Origin: an uncultured bacterium
Lineage (GTDB): Bacteria; Desulfobacterota; Desulfobaccia; Desulfobaccales; 0-14-0-80-60-11
Assembly (NCBI GenBank): GCA_937943575.1
Contig: CALEAV010000008.1
Span: 76,062 to 140,061 of the forward strand
DNA length: 64,000 nt
Direction: 5' to 3'
Shown here piece by piece: positions 46,665-56,696 of this stretch (positions are counted from its first letter, which is position 1; each line of letters begins with the position of its first letter). The notes under the pieces were generated by a model that saw nothing but the letters and a program-made list of their open reading frames with translations, was not told where the DNA came from and did no database searches. The position numbers and the translations under genes are program-made.

Positions 46665-46684
46665 GGCGGCGGAAGGAGAGACCC

Positions 46685-46984
46685 ATGGCCCTGATGGAGA
46701 TCAGCATTGTGCCCGTGGGACTGGGCACCACCAGCATGGGGGAGTATCTGGCGGAGATTGAGGCCCACCTGCGCCGTCGCCAGGTGGTGCACCAGCTCAC
46801 CGACATGGGCACCGTGGTTTACGGCCCCGTTGAGGAACTCCTGGCGGTGGCCCGGGAACTGCATGAACTGCCCTTTGCCCGGGGGGTGCGCCGGGTGCTC
46901 ACCCACATCGCCATTGACGACCGCCGGGACAAGGAGGTCAGGCTGGGGGACAAGACGAGAAGCGTGGAAGCCCGGCTCACCTGA
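46685..46984 (+). CDS. MTH1187/YkoF-family (DUF77) thiamine-binding-like protein
   Basis: [55 protein letters not shown]. Closely follows the family pattern. Confidence 0.8.
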   Translation: MALMEISIVPVGLGTTSMGEYLAEIEAHLRRRQVVHQLTDMGTVVYGPVEELLAVARELHELPFARGVRRVLTHIAIDDRRDKEVRLGDKTRSVEARLT

Positions 46985-46986
46985 TC

Positions 46987-48165
46987 ATGCCCGCCACTCA
47001 AAAGGATTACTACCGCATCCTGGGGGTATCCCGCGACGCCACCCCGGAGGAGATCAAGAAAGCCTACCGCAAGCTGGCCCTGAAGTACCACCCGGACCGC
47101 AATCCGGGCGACAAGCAGGCGGAGGAGAGATTCAAGGAGGCCGCCGAGGCCTATGAGGTGCTCCGGGATCCGGAGAAGCGCCGCCTCTATGACCTCTACG
47201 GCCATGAAGGGGTGTCCTCCACCGGCTTCACCGGCTTCAGCGACTTCTCCGACATCTTCCGGTCCTTCAGCGACATCTTCGAGGACCTCTTCGGCTTCGG
47301 CGGCTTCGGGGCCGGGCGGGAGCCCCGGCCGCAGCAGGGCGCCGACCTGCGCTACGACCTCACCCTGGACTTTCTGGACGCCACCTTGGGGACCGAGGTC
47401 ACCATCGAGGTGCCCCGGCTGGTGAACTGCCGCACCTGCGGCGGCTCCGGCGCCAAGCCCGGCACCCGCAAGGTCCCCTGCCCCCAGTGCGGCGGCCGGG
47501 GGGTGGTCTCCCGCAGCCACGGCATCTTCCAGATCACCACCACCTGCCCCCGTTGCGGGGGGTTGCGGGAGTTCATCGCCGAGCCCTGCCCCCAGTGCCA
47601 CGGCGAGGGCATGGCCCAGGAAAAGAAGAAGCTTCGGGTCAAGATCCCCCCCGGCATGGACAGCGGCACCCACCTCATCATGGCCGGGGAAGGCAACGAA
47701 GGCCGCTTCGGGGGGCCCCCCGGCGACCTCTATATCATCCTCCAGGTGCGCCCCCATGAGCTCTTCCGCCGGGAGGGCTACGACCTGAAGCTGGAGGTGC
47801 CCATCAGCTTCGTCCAGGCGGCCCTGGGCACCCGCCTCACCATCCCCACCTTGACCGGCACCCAGGAGCTCACCATTCCCCCCGGCACCCAGCCCGGGGA
47901 GGTCATCCGCCTGAAGAACGAGGGCGTGCCGTATCCCAAGGGGCAGCGCCGGGGCGATCTCCTGGTCACGGTGCGGGTCACCATCCCCACCAGCCTTACC
48001 CCCCGCCAGGAGGAGCTGCTCCGGGAGCTGGCCAAGGAGGAGGGGATCGCCCAGGAGGTCCGGGGCCGGAAAAGGGCCGCCGGGGTCAGGAACAACCCCG
48101 CCCCCCCTGATGAAGGCCTTCTGAAGAAGCTCTGGCACTCCGTCAAGGAATGGGCCAATTTCTGA
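46987..48165 (+). CDS. dnaJ: Molecular chaperone DnaJ
   Basis: J domain [33 protein letters not shown], a G/F region, and a four-CxxCxGxG zinc-finger region. Confidence 0.92.
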   Translation: MPATQKDYYRILGVSRDATPEEIKKAYRKLALKYHPDRNPGDKQAEERFKEAAEAYEVLRDPEKRRLYDLYGHEGVSSTGFTGFSDFSDIFRSFSDIFEDLFGFGGFGAGREPRPQQGADLRYDLTLDFLDATLGTEVTIEVPRLVNCRTCGGSGAKPGTRKVPCPQCGGRGVVSRSHGIFQITTTCPRCGGLREFIAEPCPQCHGEGMAQEKKKLRVKIPPGMDSGTHLIMAGEGNEGRFGGPPGDLYIILQVRPHELFRREGYDLKLEVPISFVQAALGTRLTIPTLTGTQELTIPPGTQPGEVIRLKNEGVPYPKGQRRGDLLVTVRVTIPTSLTPRQEELLRELAKEEGIAQEVRGRKRAAGVRNNPAPPDEGLLKKLWHSVKEWANF

Positions 48166-48308
48166 CCGTGGCGCAAAGAGAGGCGGGAGGGAAGGAGCGG
48201 GGAACCCGATCGGGGTCCACGACCCGTGGCCTTCTTAAGCCAACCCCACCCGTCTCACTTTCTGACCAGCAAACGGAGGGGGTCCCGGTCCTGAGGCCCT
48301 GATTTTGA

Positions 48309-48335
48309 TTGACATTTATTGCCGTTAATTATAAT
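48309..48335 (+). promoter_or_regulatory. Putative sigma-70 promoter TTGACA-15-TATAAT upstream of korA
   Basis: Both hexamers are consensus (48309-48314 and 48330-48335). The spacer is short at 15 nt. About 35 nt upstream of the korA ATG. Confidence 0.4.
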
Positions 48336-48369
48336 TTTCACAAGGGCCGATGCCCGCTCCGGAGGCCCC

Positions 48370-50076
48370 ATGCCCATTGACCTCACTATCCTCATCGGCG
48401 GCGCCGCCGGTCAGGGGGTGCATTCCATCACCACGCCTTTGGCCAAAAGCCTGGTCCGGGCCGGCGCCTGGGTCACGGTGGTCCAGGACTACCAGTCCCG
48501 CATCCGGGGCGGCCACATCTTCAATGTGCTGAGGGTCTCCGATGCGCCTTTGGCCGGCCCCCGGGAGGGGGTGGATATCCTGGTGGCCCTCAACCAGGAG
48601 ACCGTCGCCCTGCACCTGCCGGAGCTCTCACCCACGGGCCTTCTCATTTACGACGCCGACCAGGTGAAGGAGGTGCCCGCCGGGGTCAGCGCCCTGGGCC
48701 TCTCCCTGGAGGAGCTTCTCCCTGGCACGGCGGCCGGGGAGATCGCCGTCAATGCCGGGGCCTCCGGGGCCGTCCTGGGGCTGCTGGAGGTGCCGGTGAG
48801 CGGGCTGGCCCAGATGCTGGCGGAGAGCTTCGCCGCCAAGGGCGAGGAGGTGGCCGGCTGGAACCGCCAGGCCGCCACCCGGGGCTGGGAGCTGGCCCAG
48901 ACCTTCCCCCACTCCGTCTCCCTGGCCGGGGTGACCCCCCCGACCCGGCCCCGCCTGCTCATGAGCGGCCACGAAGCGCTGGCGGTGGGGGCGCTCATGG
49001 CCGGCCTCACCTTCATCAGCGGCTACCCCATGACCCCCTGGACCAGCCTGTTCAACGCCGTGGCCCAGCGGTCCCTGGCCCACGGGGTGGTCCTGGAGCA
49101 GGCCGAGGACGAGATCGCCGCCATCAACATGGCCATCGGCGCCAGCTATGCCGGGGCCCGGGCCATGACCGGCACCTCCGGGGGCGGCTTCTGCCTCATG
49201 ACCGAGGCGGTGGGCCTGGCGACCATGACCGAGACCCCCCTGGTGGTGGTGGTGGCCCAACGGCCCGGCCCCTCCACCGGCCTCCCCACCCGCACCTCCC
49301 AGGGGGATCTGCAGTTCGTGCTCTGGGCCGGCCAGGACGACGGCCCCCGGGCGGTCCTGGCCCCGGGCTCCCCGGCCCAGGGCTATACGGTGGCCCTGAA
49401 GGCCTTTGACCTGGCGGAGCGCTATCAGATCCCGGTCTTCATCCTCACGGACCAGTATTTCGCCGACAGCCAGCACACCTGCCGGGTGGAGGACTTCCCG
49501 GAGCGCCGGGTGCCCTTTGCCCTGGACCTGGAGCCGGCTCAGGGCGTCTATGAGCGCTACGCCGTCACCGAAAGCGGCATCTCGCCCCGGCGGCTGCCGG
49601 GCTTCGGGCCGGAGCTGGTGGTGGCCGACTCCGACGAGCACACCCCCGACGGCCACCTCACCGAGGATCTGCAGGTGCGGGTCGCGATGCATGACAAGCG
49701 CCTGCGCAAGCTCACCGCCCTGGCCCGGGAGATGCGGGGCCTCACCACCGCCGGGGATCCGGCGGCGCCGGTGGTGCTCCTCTGCTGGGGCTCCAGCCTG
49801 GGACCGGTGAGCGAGGCCGTCAGCCGCCTCCAGGCCGGCAAGGTGACGGTGCGGATGGTGCACTTGAGCGAGCTGTGGCCCTTCCCCCGGGAGGCGGTGA
49901 TGAAGGCTGTGGACGGCTTCAAGAAGCTGGTGGTGGTGGAGCAGAATGCCTCGGGGCAGCTCCAGCGCCTGCTCAGGCAGGAGACGGGCCTCACGGCCAC
50001 TAAGGCGGTGCGCCGCTACGACGGCCGGCCCTTCACCCCGGAGTACATCCTCCGGGGCCTGGCGGGGGTAGTGTGA
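48370..50076 (+). CDS. korA: 2-oxoacid:ferredoxin oxidoreductase, fused gamma-alpha subunit
   Basis: ATG at 48370 (GGAGG upstream). N-terminal gamma-like ILIGGAAGQGVHS.. followed by the alpha core GYPMTPWTS..GTSGGGFCLMTEA. Confidence 0.85.
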   Translation: MPIDLTILIGGAAGQGVHSITTPLAKSLVRAGAWVTVVQDYQSRIRGGHIFNVLRVSDAPLAGPREGVDILVALNQETVALHLPELSPTGLLIYDADQVKEVPAGVSALGLSLEELLPGTAAGEIAVNAGASGAVLGLLEVPVSGLAQMLAESFAAKGEEVAGWNRQAATRGWELAQTFPHSVSLAGVTPPTRPRLLMSGHEALAVGALMAGLTFISGYPMTPWTSLFNAVAQRSLAHGVVLEQAEDEIAAINMAIGASYAGARAMTGTSGGGFCLMTEAVGLATMTETPLVVVVAQRPGPSTGLPTRTSQGDLQFVLWAGQDDGPRAVLAPGSPAQGYTVALKAFDLAERYQIPVFILTDQYFADSQHTCRVEDFPERRVPFALDLEPAQGVYERYAVTESGISPRRLPGFGPELVVADSDEHTPDGHLTEDLQVRVAMHDKRLRKLTALAREMRGLTTAGDPAAPVVLLCWGSSLGPVSEAVSRLQAGKVTVRMVHLSELWPFPREAVMKAVDGFKKLVVVEQNASGQLQRLLRQETGLTATKAVRRYDGRPFTPEYILRGLAGVV

Positions 50077-50930
50077 TGCTGCCACTGGAGCTCTACGCCG
50101 GCATTGAATCCGCCTGGTGCCCGGGCTGCGGCAATTTCCCCATGCTCAAGGCCTTCAAGCAGGCCCTGGCGGAGCTGGAGATCCGGCCCCAGGACCTGGT
50201 GGTGGTCTCGGCCATCGGGCAGTCCAGCAAGTTCCCCCACTACCTTAAATGCAACACCTTCAATGGCATCCACGGCCGGGCCCTGCCGGTGGCCACCGGC
50301 ATCCGGCTGGCCAACCCCCACCTCAAGGTGGTGGTGACCGTGGGGGACGGCGACCAGTACGGCGAAGGGGGAAACCACCTGTTGGCGGCCTTCCGGCGCA
50401 ACCCCGACCTCACCCTGGTGGTGCACAACAACCAGATCTACGCCCTCACCAAGGGCCAGGCCTCGCCCACCAGCGACCAGGGCACGAAAGACCTCCTGCA
50501 CCCCCAGGGGGTGCCCTATCCACCCCTCCACCCCCTGGCCCTGGCGGTGGCCCAGGACTGCTCCTGGGTGGGGCGGTCCTTTGCCGGCATGCCCCAGCAT
50601 CTCACCGAGATGTACAAAAAGGCCCTCACCCACAAGGGTCTGGCCTTTCTGGAGGTGCTGCAGCCCTGCGTCAGCTTCAACAAGGTCAACACCTATGAGT
50701 GGTATCGCCAGCGGGTCTATGAGGTGGAGACCCGGCCGGATTATGCTCCCCAGGATGAGCTGTGGGCCTACCGGGTGGCCAAGGAGTGGGGGGAGCGCAT
50801 CCCCATCGGGGTGATCTATCTCAACCCCCGGCCCACCCTGGAGGAGAGCTTCCCGCAGCTGGAAGAGGGGCCGCTGGCGGGGCGGCTGCCGGAGCGGCCG
50901 CTTCCGGAGCTGTTGGCGGAGTTCAGCTGA
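50073..50930 (+). CDS. korB: 2-oxoacid:ferredoxin oxidoreductase beta subunit (TPP-binding)
   Basis: ..WCPGCGNF..VVTVGDGDQYGEGGNH..VVHNNQIYALTKGQ. The start overlaps the korA stop. Confidence 0.85.
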   Translation: MMLPLELYAGIESAWCPGCGNFPMLKAFKQALAELEIRPQDLVVVSAIGQSSKFPHYLKCNTFNGIHGRALPVATGIRLANPHLKVVVTVGDGDQYGEGGNHLLAAFRRNPDLTLVVHNNQIYALTKGQASPTSDQGTKDLLHPQGVPYPPLHPLALAVAQDCSWVGRSFAGMPQHLTEMYKKALTHKGLAFLEVLQPCVSFNKVNTYEWYRQRVYEVETRPDYAPQDELWAYRVAKEWGERIPIGVIYLNPRPTLEESFPQLEEGPLAGRLPERPLPELLAEFS

Positions 50931-51063
50931 GCGCCCCCGCGGTCGATAACGTTGGGGGGGGCCAAGGCAAACGGGGCATATTCTCAGGGTAAGGATTTCA
51001 CCGGGGAGGGCGGTTCACGACTTCTCCCTCGCCCGGATGCGGCAAGAAAGCGAGAGGGAACCG

Positions 51064-51237
51064 ATGACTGAAGCCAAGTCTCTCCTGGAAATGCGTTCCT
51101 GGGACATCCTGAAGGAGCCCAACCGGATCCTCCTGGAGGAGGACTACAGCCGCATGGAGCTCCTCATCTATTTCCTCACCTGGGCGGTGGAGATCGGCCT
51201 GGCGTTGGTGGTGGCCGTCACCTACCTCCGGGGCTAA
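51064..51237 (+). CDS. Small hypothetical membrane protein (57 aa)
   Basis: MTEAKSLLEMRSWDILKEPNRILLEEDYSRMELLIYFLTWAVEIGLALVVAVTYLRG. One C-terminal TM helix. Weak evidence. Confidence 0.3.
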   Translation: MTEAKSLLEMRSWDILKEPNRILLEEDYSRMELLIYFLTWAVEIGLALVVAVTYLRG

Positions 51238-51255
51238 AGAACCGGGCCCAACGGA

Positions 51256-51284
51256 TTGACCCGAGCGCGGCGTGGATTTACAAT
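51256..51284 (+). promoter_or_regulatory. Putative sigma-70 promoter TTGACC-17-TACAAT
   Basis: Hexamers at 51256-51261 and 51279-51284 with a 17-nt spacer. About 170 nt upstream of the U32 peptidase start. Confidence 0.45.
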
Positions 51285-51458
51285 ACCTTAACAAGGATGC
51301 GCTGCAGGCGGCCGGCGGCATCGCAAACGGGGCAGGGGTCGGGCCCCGGAATTTATGCAGCCTGTGACAGGAGCCCACCAAACCAGGGGGTTACCTGAGA
51401 TCCTGGCATCTAAGGAAACAGAGGCCGCAACTGCCAGGCTCAGGGAGGTGTGGGAGAC

Positions 51459-52487
51459 ATGGTGAACGAACTGTTGGCCCCCGGCGGCAGCCTGGAGATG
51501 GTGGCCGCCGTCCTGGAGAGCGGCGCCGACGCGGTGTATGTGGGCGCCAAGGGGTTCAGCCGGCGCAAGTGCGCCTGGGAACTGGAAGACAGCCAGATTC
51601 AGGAGGCGGTGCGCCTGGCCCGGGAAAAAAACGGCCGGATCCGGGTGGCGCTCAATGCCGAAATCCCCGAGGACAAGATACCGGTCCTCCTCAAAAAGGT
51701 GGAAAAATACGCCCACTTCGGCATCGAAGGGGTGATCGTCAAGACGCCGGCCGTCATGCAGGAGATCCACCGGCTCTTTCCGGAGTTGATCATCCACGCC
51801 AGCGTGGGGTGCAACATCATCACCCGGGAGGACATGGCCCGCTATCAGGCCTGCGGCGCCTCCCAGATTGTGGCCTCCACCGAAATCAACACCGTGGAGA
51901 AGCTGGCCCGCTTCAAGGCTGAGGCCGATTCCCTGGGGCTGAAGACCGAGGTCCTCATCCACGGCAACCGCTGCATCGGCGGGGTGGGCAACTGCCTCTT
52001 CCACGAGCTGGTGGCCGACAGCTACGTGCGCAAGGTCTACTACGACGAGGACGGCAACGAGATCGTGGAGTATGAGGGCTGGCCGGACCGCAGCGGCAGC
52101 TGCTTCCGCATCTGCCTCCTCACCGACGAGCAGCGCCACAGGATCCTGAGGCAGCGGGGCCACAGCCCGGAGTTCATCGAGGCCTTAAACGAGCGCATCC
52201 GCCGCAGCCCCAACGTGGCCTTCGCCATTTTGGGGGATGAGCTCAAGGCCTACCTCAACCTGGGGCTGGCCACCCTCAAGGTCCAGGGCCGGGAATATGC
52301 CGTGAGCATGATCTCCCGGATGATCTGCTGCTACCGCCAGCTCATCGACGCCCACCAGCGGGGGGAGGACATCAACAGCCCCATCCTGCAGCGCATCCAG
52401 GACCGCCTCCGGGAGATCGTGGCGGAGCGGGACCGGGCCCGCATGGAGAAGACCAAAGAGCTGCACCGACAGATCGTCGGGCTGTAA
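51459..52487 (+). CDS. Peptidase U32 family protein
   Basis: [61 protein letters not shown] preferred the ATG at 51459 (AGGGAGG 10 nt upstream) over the GTG at 51450. Confidence 0.8.
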   Translation: MVNELLAPGGSLEMVAAVLESGADAVYVGAKGFSRRKCAWELEDSQIQEAVRLAREKNGRIRVALNAEIPEDKIPVLLKKVEKYAHFGIEGVIVKTPAVMQEIHRLFPELIIHASVGCNIITREDMARYQACGASQIVASTEINTVEKLARFKAEADSLGLKTEVLIHGNRCIGGVGNCLFHELVADSYVRKVYYDEDGNEIVEYEGWPDRSGSCFRICLLTDEQRHRILRQRGHSPEFIEALNERIRRSPNVAFAILGDELKAYLNLGLATLKVQGREYAVSMISRMICCYRQLIDAHQRGEDINSPILQRIQDRLREIVAERDRARMEKTKELHRQIVGL

Positions 52488-52690
52488 GCCACGGCAAGCG
52501 AGGGCAGGGCGGGGGCAGGGGCTCCCGCCCTGTTCTTGTACCGACCTGACGGAGCAGGGGCGGGACCTCCCGGTCCCCGCCCGCCCACCTCCATATAAGG
52601 GGAGATCCCGGAGAGGGGCGGAGAGCCACCACTTTCTCCGACCTTCCCTCAAAAATTAGGGGGGTGATGCCTCTCTGTGTAAATTTTTCC

Positions 52691-52719
52691 TTCCAGGAGG
52701 GGGGTGCCAGCCCTATAAT
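52691..52719 (+). promoter_or_regulatory. Possible promoter with perfect -10 TATAAT (weak -35 TTCCAG, 17-nt spacer)
   Basis: TATAAT at 52714-52719. About 160 nt upstream of the GT39-like gene. Confidence 0.3.
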
Positions 52720-52881
52720 GGGAGCGGTGCAATCTTTTTTGAAGAAGCGTGCCAGAGAGCAGGAGACCTCCGCCCCTCTCTGATCCCCATGCGGGAGGGG
52801 CGGGCAGGGGCTTACCATGCTGCCGCCCATTCAAGGAACTTTGCGCCCGGGCCGATGGGTGGTCAGGGTGACGCAGCGTCC

Positions 52882-54492
52882 ATGAAGACCTTCACCAAGC
52901 CGGCATGGTGGCCGGAATTGCTCCTGGCGGCGGTCCTGGCCGCCGCAGCGCTCTATAATCTCAGCAATTATCCCGCCATCTGGTGGGATGAGGCCATCTT
53001 TTCCGAGACCGCGGCCAACCTGGCGGAGCGCGGCCGCTATGCCTTCACGGTCCAGAGCCCGGACCAGCTCTCCGATCTGGATTATCGCATCAGCGTCGGC
53101 CCCACGGTGATCCTGCCGGTGGCCCTGGCCTACCGGCTGGGCGGGGTCAGCCTGGAGACCGGGCGGCTGGTGGCCGCCTTTTACCTCCTCCTGGCGTTTG
53201 CCGCCTTGTATCTGGCAGTGCGCCGGCTGTGGGGCCGGCCCGCCGCCCTCACCGCCGTGGTCCTGGCGTTTGTGGCCACCGACGTCCTCTACTGGGGGCG
53301 CTCGGTTCTGGGGGACATCCCGGCCCTGGGCCTCTTCCTTCTGGGCTTGTGGTTTCTCTTCAGGGCCCTGGAGGCTTCTGCCCTCGGGCCTCTCTTCGTC
53401 GGCGGTCTGCTCCTGGGGCTGGCCGTCAACGCCAAGGAATTCTATGGCCTGGCGGTGCTGCCGCCTCTGGTCCTGTGGGTGGGGGGACATCGCCGGCAGC
53501 CCCGCCGGCTGCTGGCGGGGGTCCTGGCACTGGGGGCCGGGGTGGGTCTTCCCCTCCTGGGCTATCTGGTGCTCAAGGCGGCCATTTTGGGCAGCCTCTC
53601 CGCGGGGCTGTGGCATTTCTGGGAGCAGAAGGCCCTGCTGCGCCACGAGTTCTTCACCCCCCTCACCATCGGCCGGCTCTATCCGGAGAGCCTGGCCTAT
53701 TTTGTGGGGCACCCCCTCGTCTGGCTGGGGGGGGCGGGGGGTCTCGTCCTCCGGCGCCGTCAGGGGTTCACCCGGGGCCAATGCCTGTGGTTTATCCAGG
53801 CGGGCCTCTGGAGCCTCATGTATCTCACCGCGGTGTATTGGCAGCGCTTTGCCCTGCCGGCCCTGTTTCTGGCCGCCGGCCCGGGGGCCTGGCTGCTGGT
53901 GCGTCTGGGCAGGGCGCTGCTATTCCCCCTGGGCCACAGGGCCCGCGTCCCGGCCGCCGCCTGCCTGGCCGGGTTTGCCCTGTTCACCCTGCCCCTCTCC
54001 GGGGTGGATATCCTCACGGCCGTCATCCGCACCCACAGCAGCCCGCCCCTGAAGCTGCTGGAATTTCTGCAGAGCCGCATCTCCTGCGACTGTCTCATCG
54101 AAACCCCGGAGTATGAGCTGGTCTTTCTCTGCGATGAGCATCGCTTCCACCTGATGCCGGCCTTCTTTTTCGTGGAGTCCACCCCGGAGGGGGTGGTCCT
54201 CCTCAATCCCCGGGGGGAGGAATACGACTTCAACCGCACCGGGGCCGATGTCCTCATCCTGGGGAGCTTCGGCAAGAGCGTCTTCCGCCAGGTGTATTCC
54301 CCGTCCCGGATTGCGGGCCTGTGGCGCAAGGTGGCCCAGGTGGACTTCTACGACATCTATGTGCGCCGGGGCCGGGAGGAGGCGGTCATCAAGCAGGGAA
54401 ATCAGCTGCTGGTCAAACAGCGGCTCTCCGATCCGTCCCCCTCCTGCAGCGAAGCCCATGCCTCCGCCTCGGATCATCCGTTCCCTCACTGA
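52882..54492 (+). CDS. ArnT/PMT-like glycosyltransferase (GT39/GT83-type, polytopic membrane protein)
   Basis: Start moved to the ATG at 52882. ..YPAIWWDEAIFSETAANLAERGRYAF.. (Asp-Glu in the first loop) followed by more than 10 TM helices. Confidence 0.7.
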   Translation: MKTFTKPAWWPELLLAAVLAAAALYNLSNYPAIWWDEAIFSETAANLAERGRYAFTVQSPDQLSDLDYRISVGPTVILPVALAYRLGGVSLETGRLVAAFYLLLAFAALYLAVRRLWGRPAALTAVVLAFVATDVLYWGRSVLGDIPALGLFLLGLWFLFRALEASALGPLFVGGLLLGLAVNAKEFYGLAVLPPLVLWVGGHRRQPRRLLAGVLALGAGVGLPLLGYLVLKAAILGSLSAGLWHFWEQKALLRHEFFTPLTIGRLYPESLAYFVGHPLVWLGGAGGLVLRRRQGFTRGQCLWFIQAGLWSLMYLTAVYWQRFALPALFLAAGPGAWLLVRLGRALLFPLGHRARVPAAACLAGFALFTLPLSGVDILTAVIRTHSSPPLKLLEFLQSRISCDCLIETPEYELVFLCDEHRFHLMPAFFFVESTPEGVVLLNPRGEEYDFNRTGADVLILGSFGKSVFRQVYSPSRIAGLWRKVAQVDFYDIYVRRGREEAVIKQGNQLLVKQRLSDPSPSCSEAHASASDHPFPH

Positions 54493-55234
54493 GTTCCGGC
54501 AGCTCTATTCCCACCTCGCCGCCGGGGACCTGGTGCTGGGCTGTCTACCCCTCCGACCCGGTGAGGAGATCAAGGTCATTGACCTCCTGGCCCGGGGGGT
54601 GAGGTTCTTCCCGCCCTATCTGGCCCAGGCCTTAAGCCGCTCCAAGGCGGCCCAGGCCGAGGTGCTCCGGGAGTTCATGGTGCCGGGCACCCAGGTGGTC
54701 TACAGCGCCGCCGAGCTTTCGGGCTTAGGCGCCCGCCTTCCTCCGGAGACGCCCCTGGTCCTGAAACGGGCCCGGGGCCACCTGGGCCTGGGGGTGTCCC
54801 GCTGGCCCTCTCTGGAGAGCCTGCTTTCCGTGGCGGGAGCGTGCGATCTGGAGTATCCGGTGGTTATTCAGCCCTTTGTGGCCGGAGCCCGGGATTTCCG
54901 GGCGGTGCTGGTGGGGGACTGTGCCGAGCTCTATGAGCGGGTCAACCCCCATGATTTCCGCCGGAATCTCTACCAGGGGGGTGAGGCCCGGGCGGTGGAC
55001 TTTCCGGCGGCCTGGCAGGAGTTCTGCCGCCGGGTGATGGAGCGGGGCGCCTTTCCCTATGCCATCCTGGACCTGCTCCTGGCCCCGGAGGGCGACCTGT
55101 ATCTCTCCGAAATCAACCTCACCGCCGGACTCCGGGCCTCCCGTCTGGGGCAGACGGAATTTCGCCGCCGGGTGGCAGCGCTGGCGGAGGAGGAGGCCAG
55201 ACGATGGGCCGACTCATTGAGGACCCCCGCTTAA
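54458..55234 (+). CDS. ATP-grasp family protein (RimK-like)
   Basis: Start moved to the ATG at 54458. ..LVLKRARGHLGLGVSRW..YPVVIQPFVAGARDFRAVLVG..NLYQGGEA..YLSEINLTAG. Confidence 0.6.
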   Translation: MPPPRIIRSLTEFRQLYSHLAAGDLVLGCLPLRPGEEIKVIDLLARGVRFFPPYLAQALSRSKAAQAEVLREFMVPGTQVVYSAAELSGLGARLPPETPLVLKRARGHLGLGVSRWPSLESLLSVAGACDLEYPVVIQPFVAGARDFRAVLVGDCAELYERVNPHDFRRNLYQGGEARAVDFPAAWQEFCRRVMERGAFPYAILDLLLAPEGDLYLSEINLTAGLRASRLGQTEFRRRVAALAEEEARRWADSLRTPA

Positions 55235-55908
55235 CAGACCGGGAGCGGGTGTTTCGGGACCGCCGGGACGCCGGCCGCCGGCTGGCCGCGGCCCTGGCGG
55301 AGTATCAGGGGCGGGGCCTGCGCCTCTTTGCCATCCCTGCAGGGGGTGTGCCGGTGGCAGCGGAGATCGCCCTGGCCTTCCGGGTGCCCCTGGACCTGAT
55401 CATCGTCCGCAAGATCCAGCTCCCCTGGACCACCGAGGCGGGCTTCGGCGCCCTGGACCCGGAGGGCCGGGCCCTGATGAATGAGGATCTGGTGGCCCGC
55501 TTCGGCCTCTCCCCGGAGGAGATCGAGCGCCAGGTGCACAAGACCATGACGTCGCTGCGGGAGAGGGAGGCGCGTCTGCGGGGAGGCAGGCCGTATCCGG
55601 AGCTTCAGGGGGCCCCGGTGATGGTGGTGGATGACGGCCTGGCCTCGGGCTATACCATGCGGGTGGCGCTGCGCTTTCTGAAGGAAAAGGGCGCCGGCGA
55701 GGTCGTCTGCGCGGTGCCCACCGGCAGCCGCCGCACGGTGCAGGAGCTGCTCCCCCGGGTGGACGTGTTGGCCTGCCTCAACGTCCGGGGCGGCTGGGCC
55801 TTCGCAGTGGCCGACGCCTATGAGCTCTGGTATGATCTCACGGAAGGGGAGGTGCAGGAGATCATGGCCGAAGTGAGCCGGGCCTTGGCCGCAGGGGAGG
55901 GCGGGTGA
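55204..55908 (+). CDS. Phosphoribosyltransferase family protein
   Basis: ..FRDRRDAGRRLA..LFAIPAGGVPVAAEIA..VMVVDDGLASGYTMRVA (PRPP-binding loop). Confidence 0.75.
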   Translation: MGRLIEDPRLTDRERVFRDRRDAGRRLAAALAEYQGRGLRLFAIPAGGVPVAAEIALAFRVPLDLIIVRKIQLPWTTEAGFGALDPEGRALMNEDLVARFGLSPEEIERQVHKTMTSLREREARLRGGRPYPELQGAPVMVVDDGLASGYTMRVALRFLKEKGAGEVVCAVPTGSRRTVQELLPRVDVLACLNVRGGWAFAVADAYELWYDLTEGEVQEIMAEVSRALAAGEGG

Positions 55909-56504
55909 AGAGGACTCTGCCGGTCAACGGCGGCCTCCCCCCGGAGCGCTTGGGGTTCGACATCGACGGGGTGGTGGCGGACATCATGACCACCTTCCTG
56001 GACCTGGCCCGGGAGCAGTATGGCCCCCACCCCTTCACCCTGGCGGACATCACCACCTTTCACCTGGAGGACTGCCTCGACCTGCCGTCGCCCCTCATCC
56101 GCCGCCTCATCCGGGAGCTCATCGACCGGCCCCACGAACTCCCCATCCGGCCTCTGCCGGCGGCGGTGGAGGTCCTCACCCGCCTGGCCCGGGAGGCGCC
56201 CCTGGTCTTTGTCACCGCCCGGGACCGGGCCGAGCCCATCCAGCTCTGGCTCAACCGCGTCCTTGCCGGGGTGCCGCCCCGGGACATCTGGGTCATGGCC
56301 ACCGGCGTCCCGGAGGCCAAGGTGCGCTACCTCCACGCCCACGCCATCGAGTATTTCGTGGAGGACCGCCTGGAGACCTGCTTTGAGCTGGCCCGGGCGG
56401 GCATCACCCCCATCGTCTTTGCCCAGCCCTGGAACCGCCGGCCCCATCCCTTTCCGGAGGTGCACAGCTGGCCGGAGCTGGCCGCCCTGCTGTTCGGGGA
56501 GTGA
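55905..56504 (+). CDS. HAD-superfamily hydrolase, 5'(3')-deoxyribonucleotidase-like
   Basis: GTG start overlapping the upstream stop (GTGA). LGFDIDGVVADI (DxDxV motif I), ..FVTAR.., ..YFVEDR. Confidence 0.6.
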   Translation: MKRTLPVNGGLPPERLGFDIDGVVADIMTTFLDLAREQYGPHPFTLADITTFHLEDCLDLPSPLIRRLIRELIDRPHELPIRPLPAAVEVLTRLAREAPLVFVTARDRAEPIQLWLNRVLAGVPPRDIWVMATGVPEAKVRYLHAHAIEYFVEDRLETCFELARAGITPIVFAQPWNRRPHPFPEVHSWPELAALLFGE

Positions 56505-56653
56505 GCCCGGCAAGGGGAGGGGCGGGCTGCCGGAGGGGCCCCCAAAAAGGCCGCACCGGCCATGGGCGTGGCACCCCGCCGGCTGCCTATGGCGGGGTGG
56601 GAGGCGGAGAAGGGAAAGCCACTCCGGCGTCAGCGAAGGGATAAAAAAGAGAA

Positions 56654-56696
56654 GTGAGGGGAGGGCCAAGGCCGGGGCTCTTCACCCTCCCCTCAC
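56654..56696. terminator. 12-bp perfect hairpin GTGAGGGGAGGG-N19-CCCTCCCCTCAC between convergent genes (possible bidirectional terminator, no U-tract)
   Basis: Arms at 56654-56665 and 56685-56696, read directly. It lies between the HAD gene (+, ends 56504) and the nifU-like gene (-, ends 56770). Confidence 0.5.
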
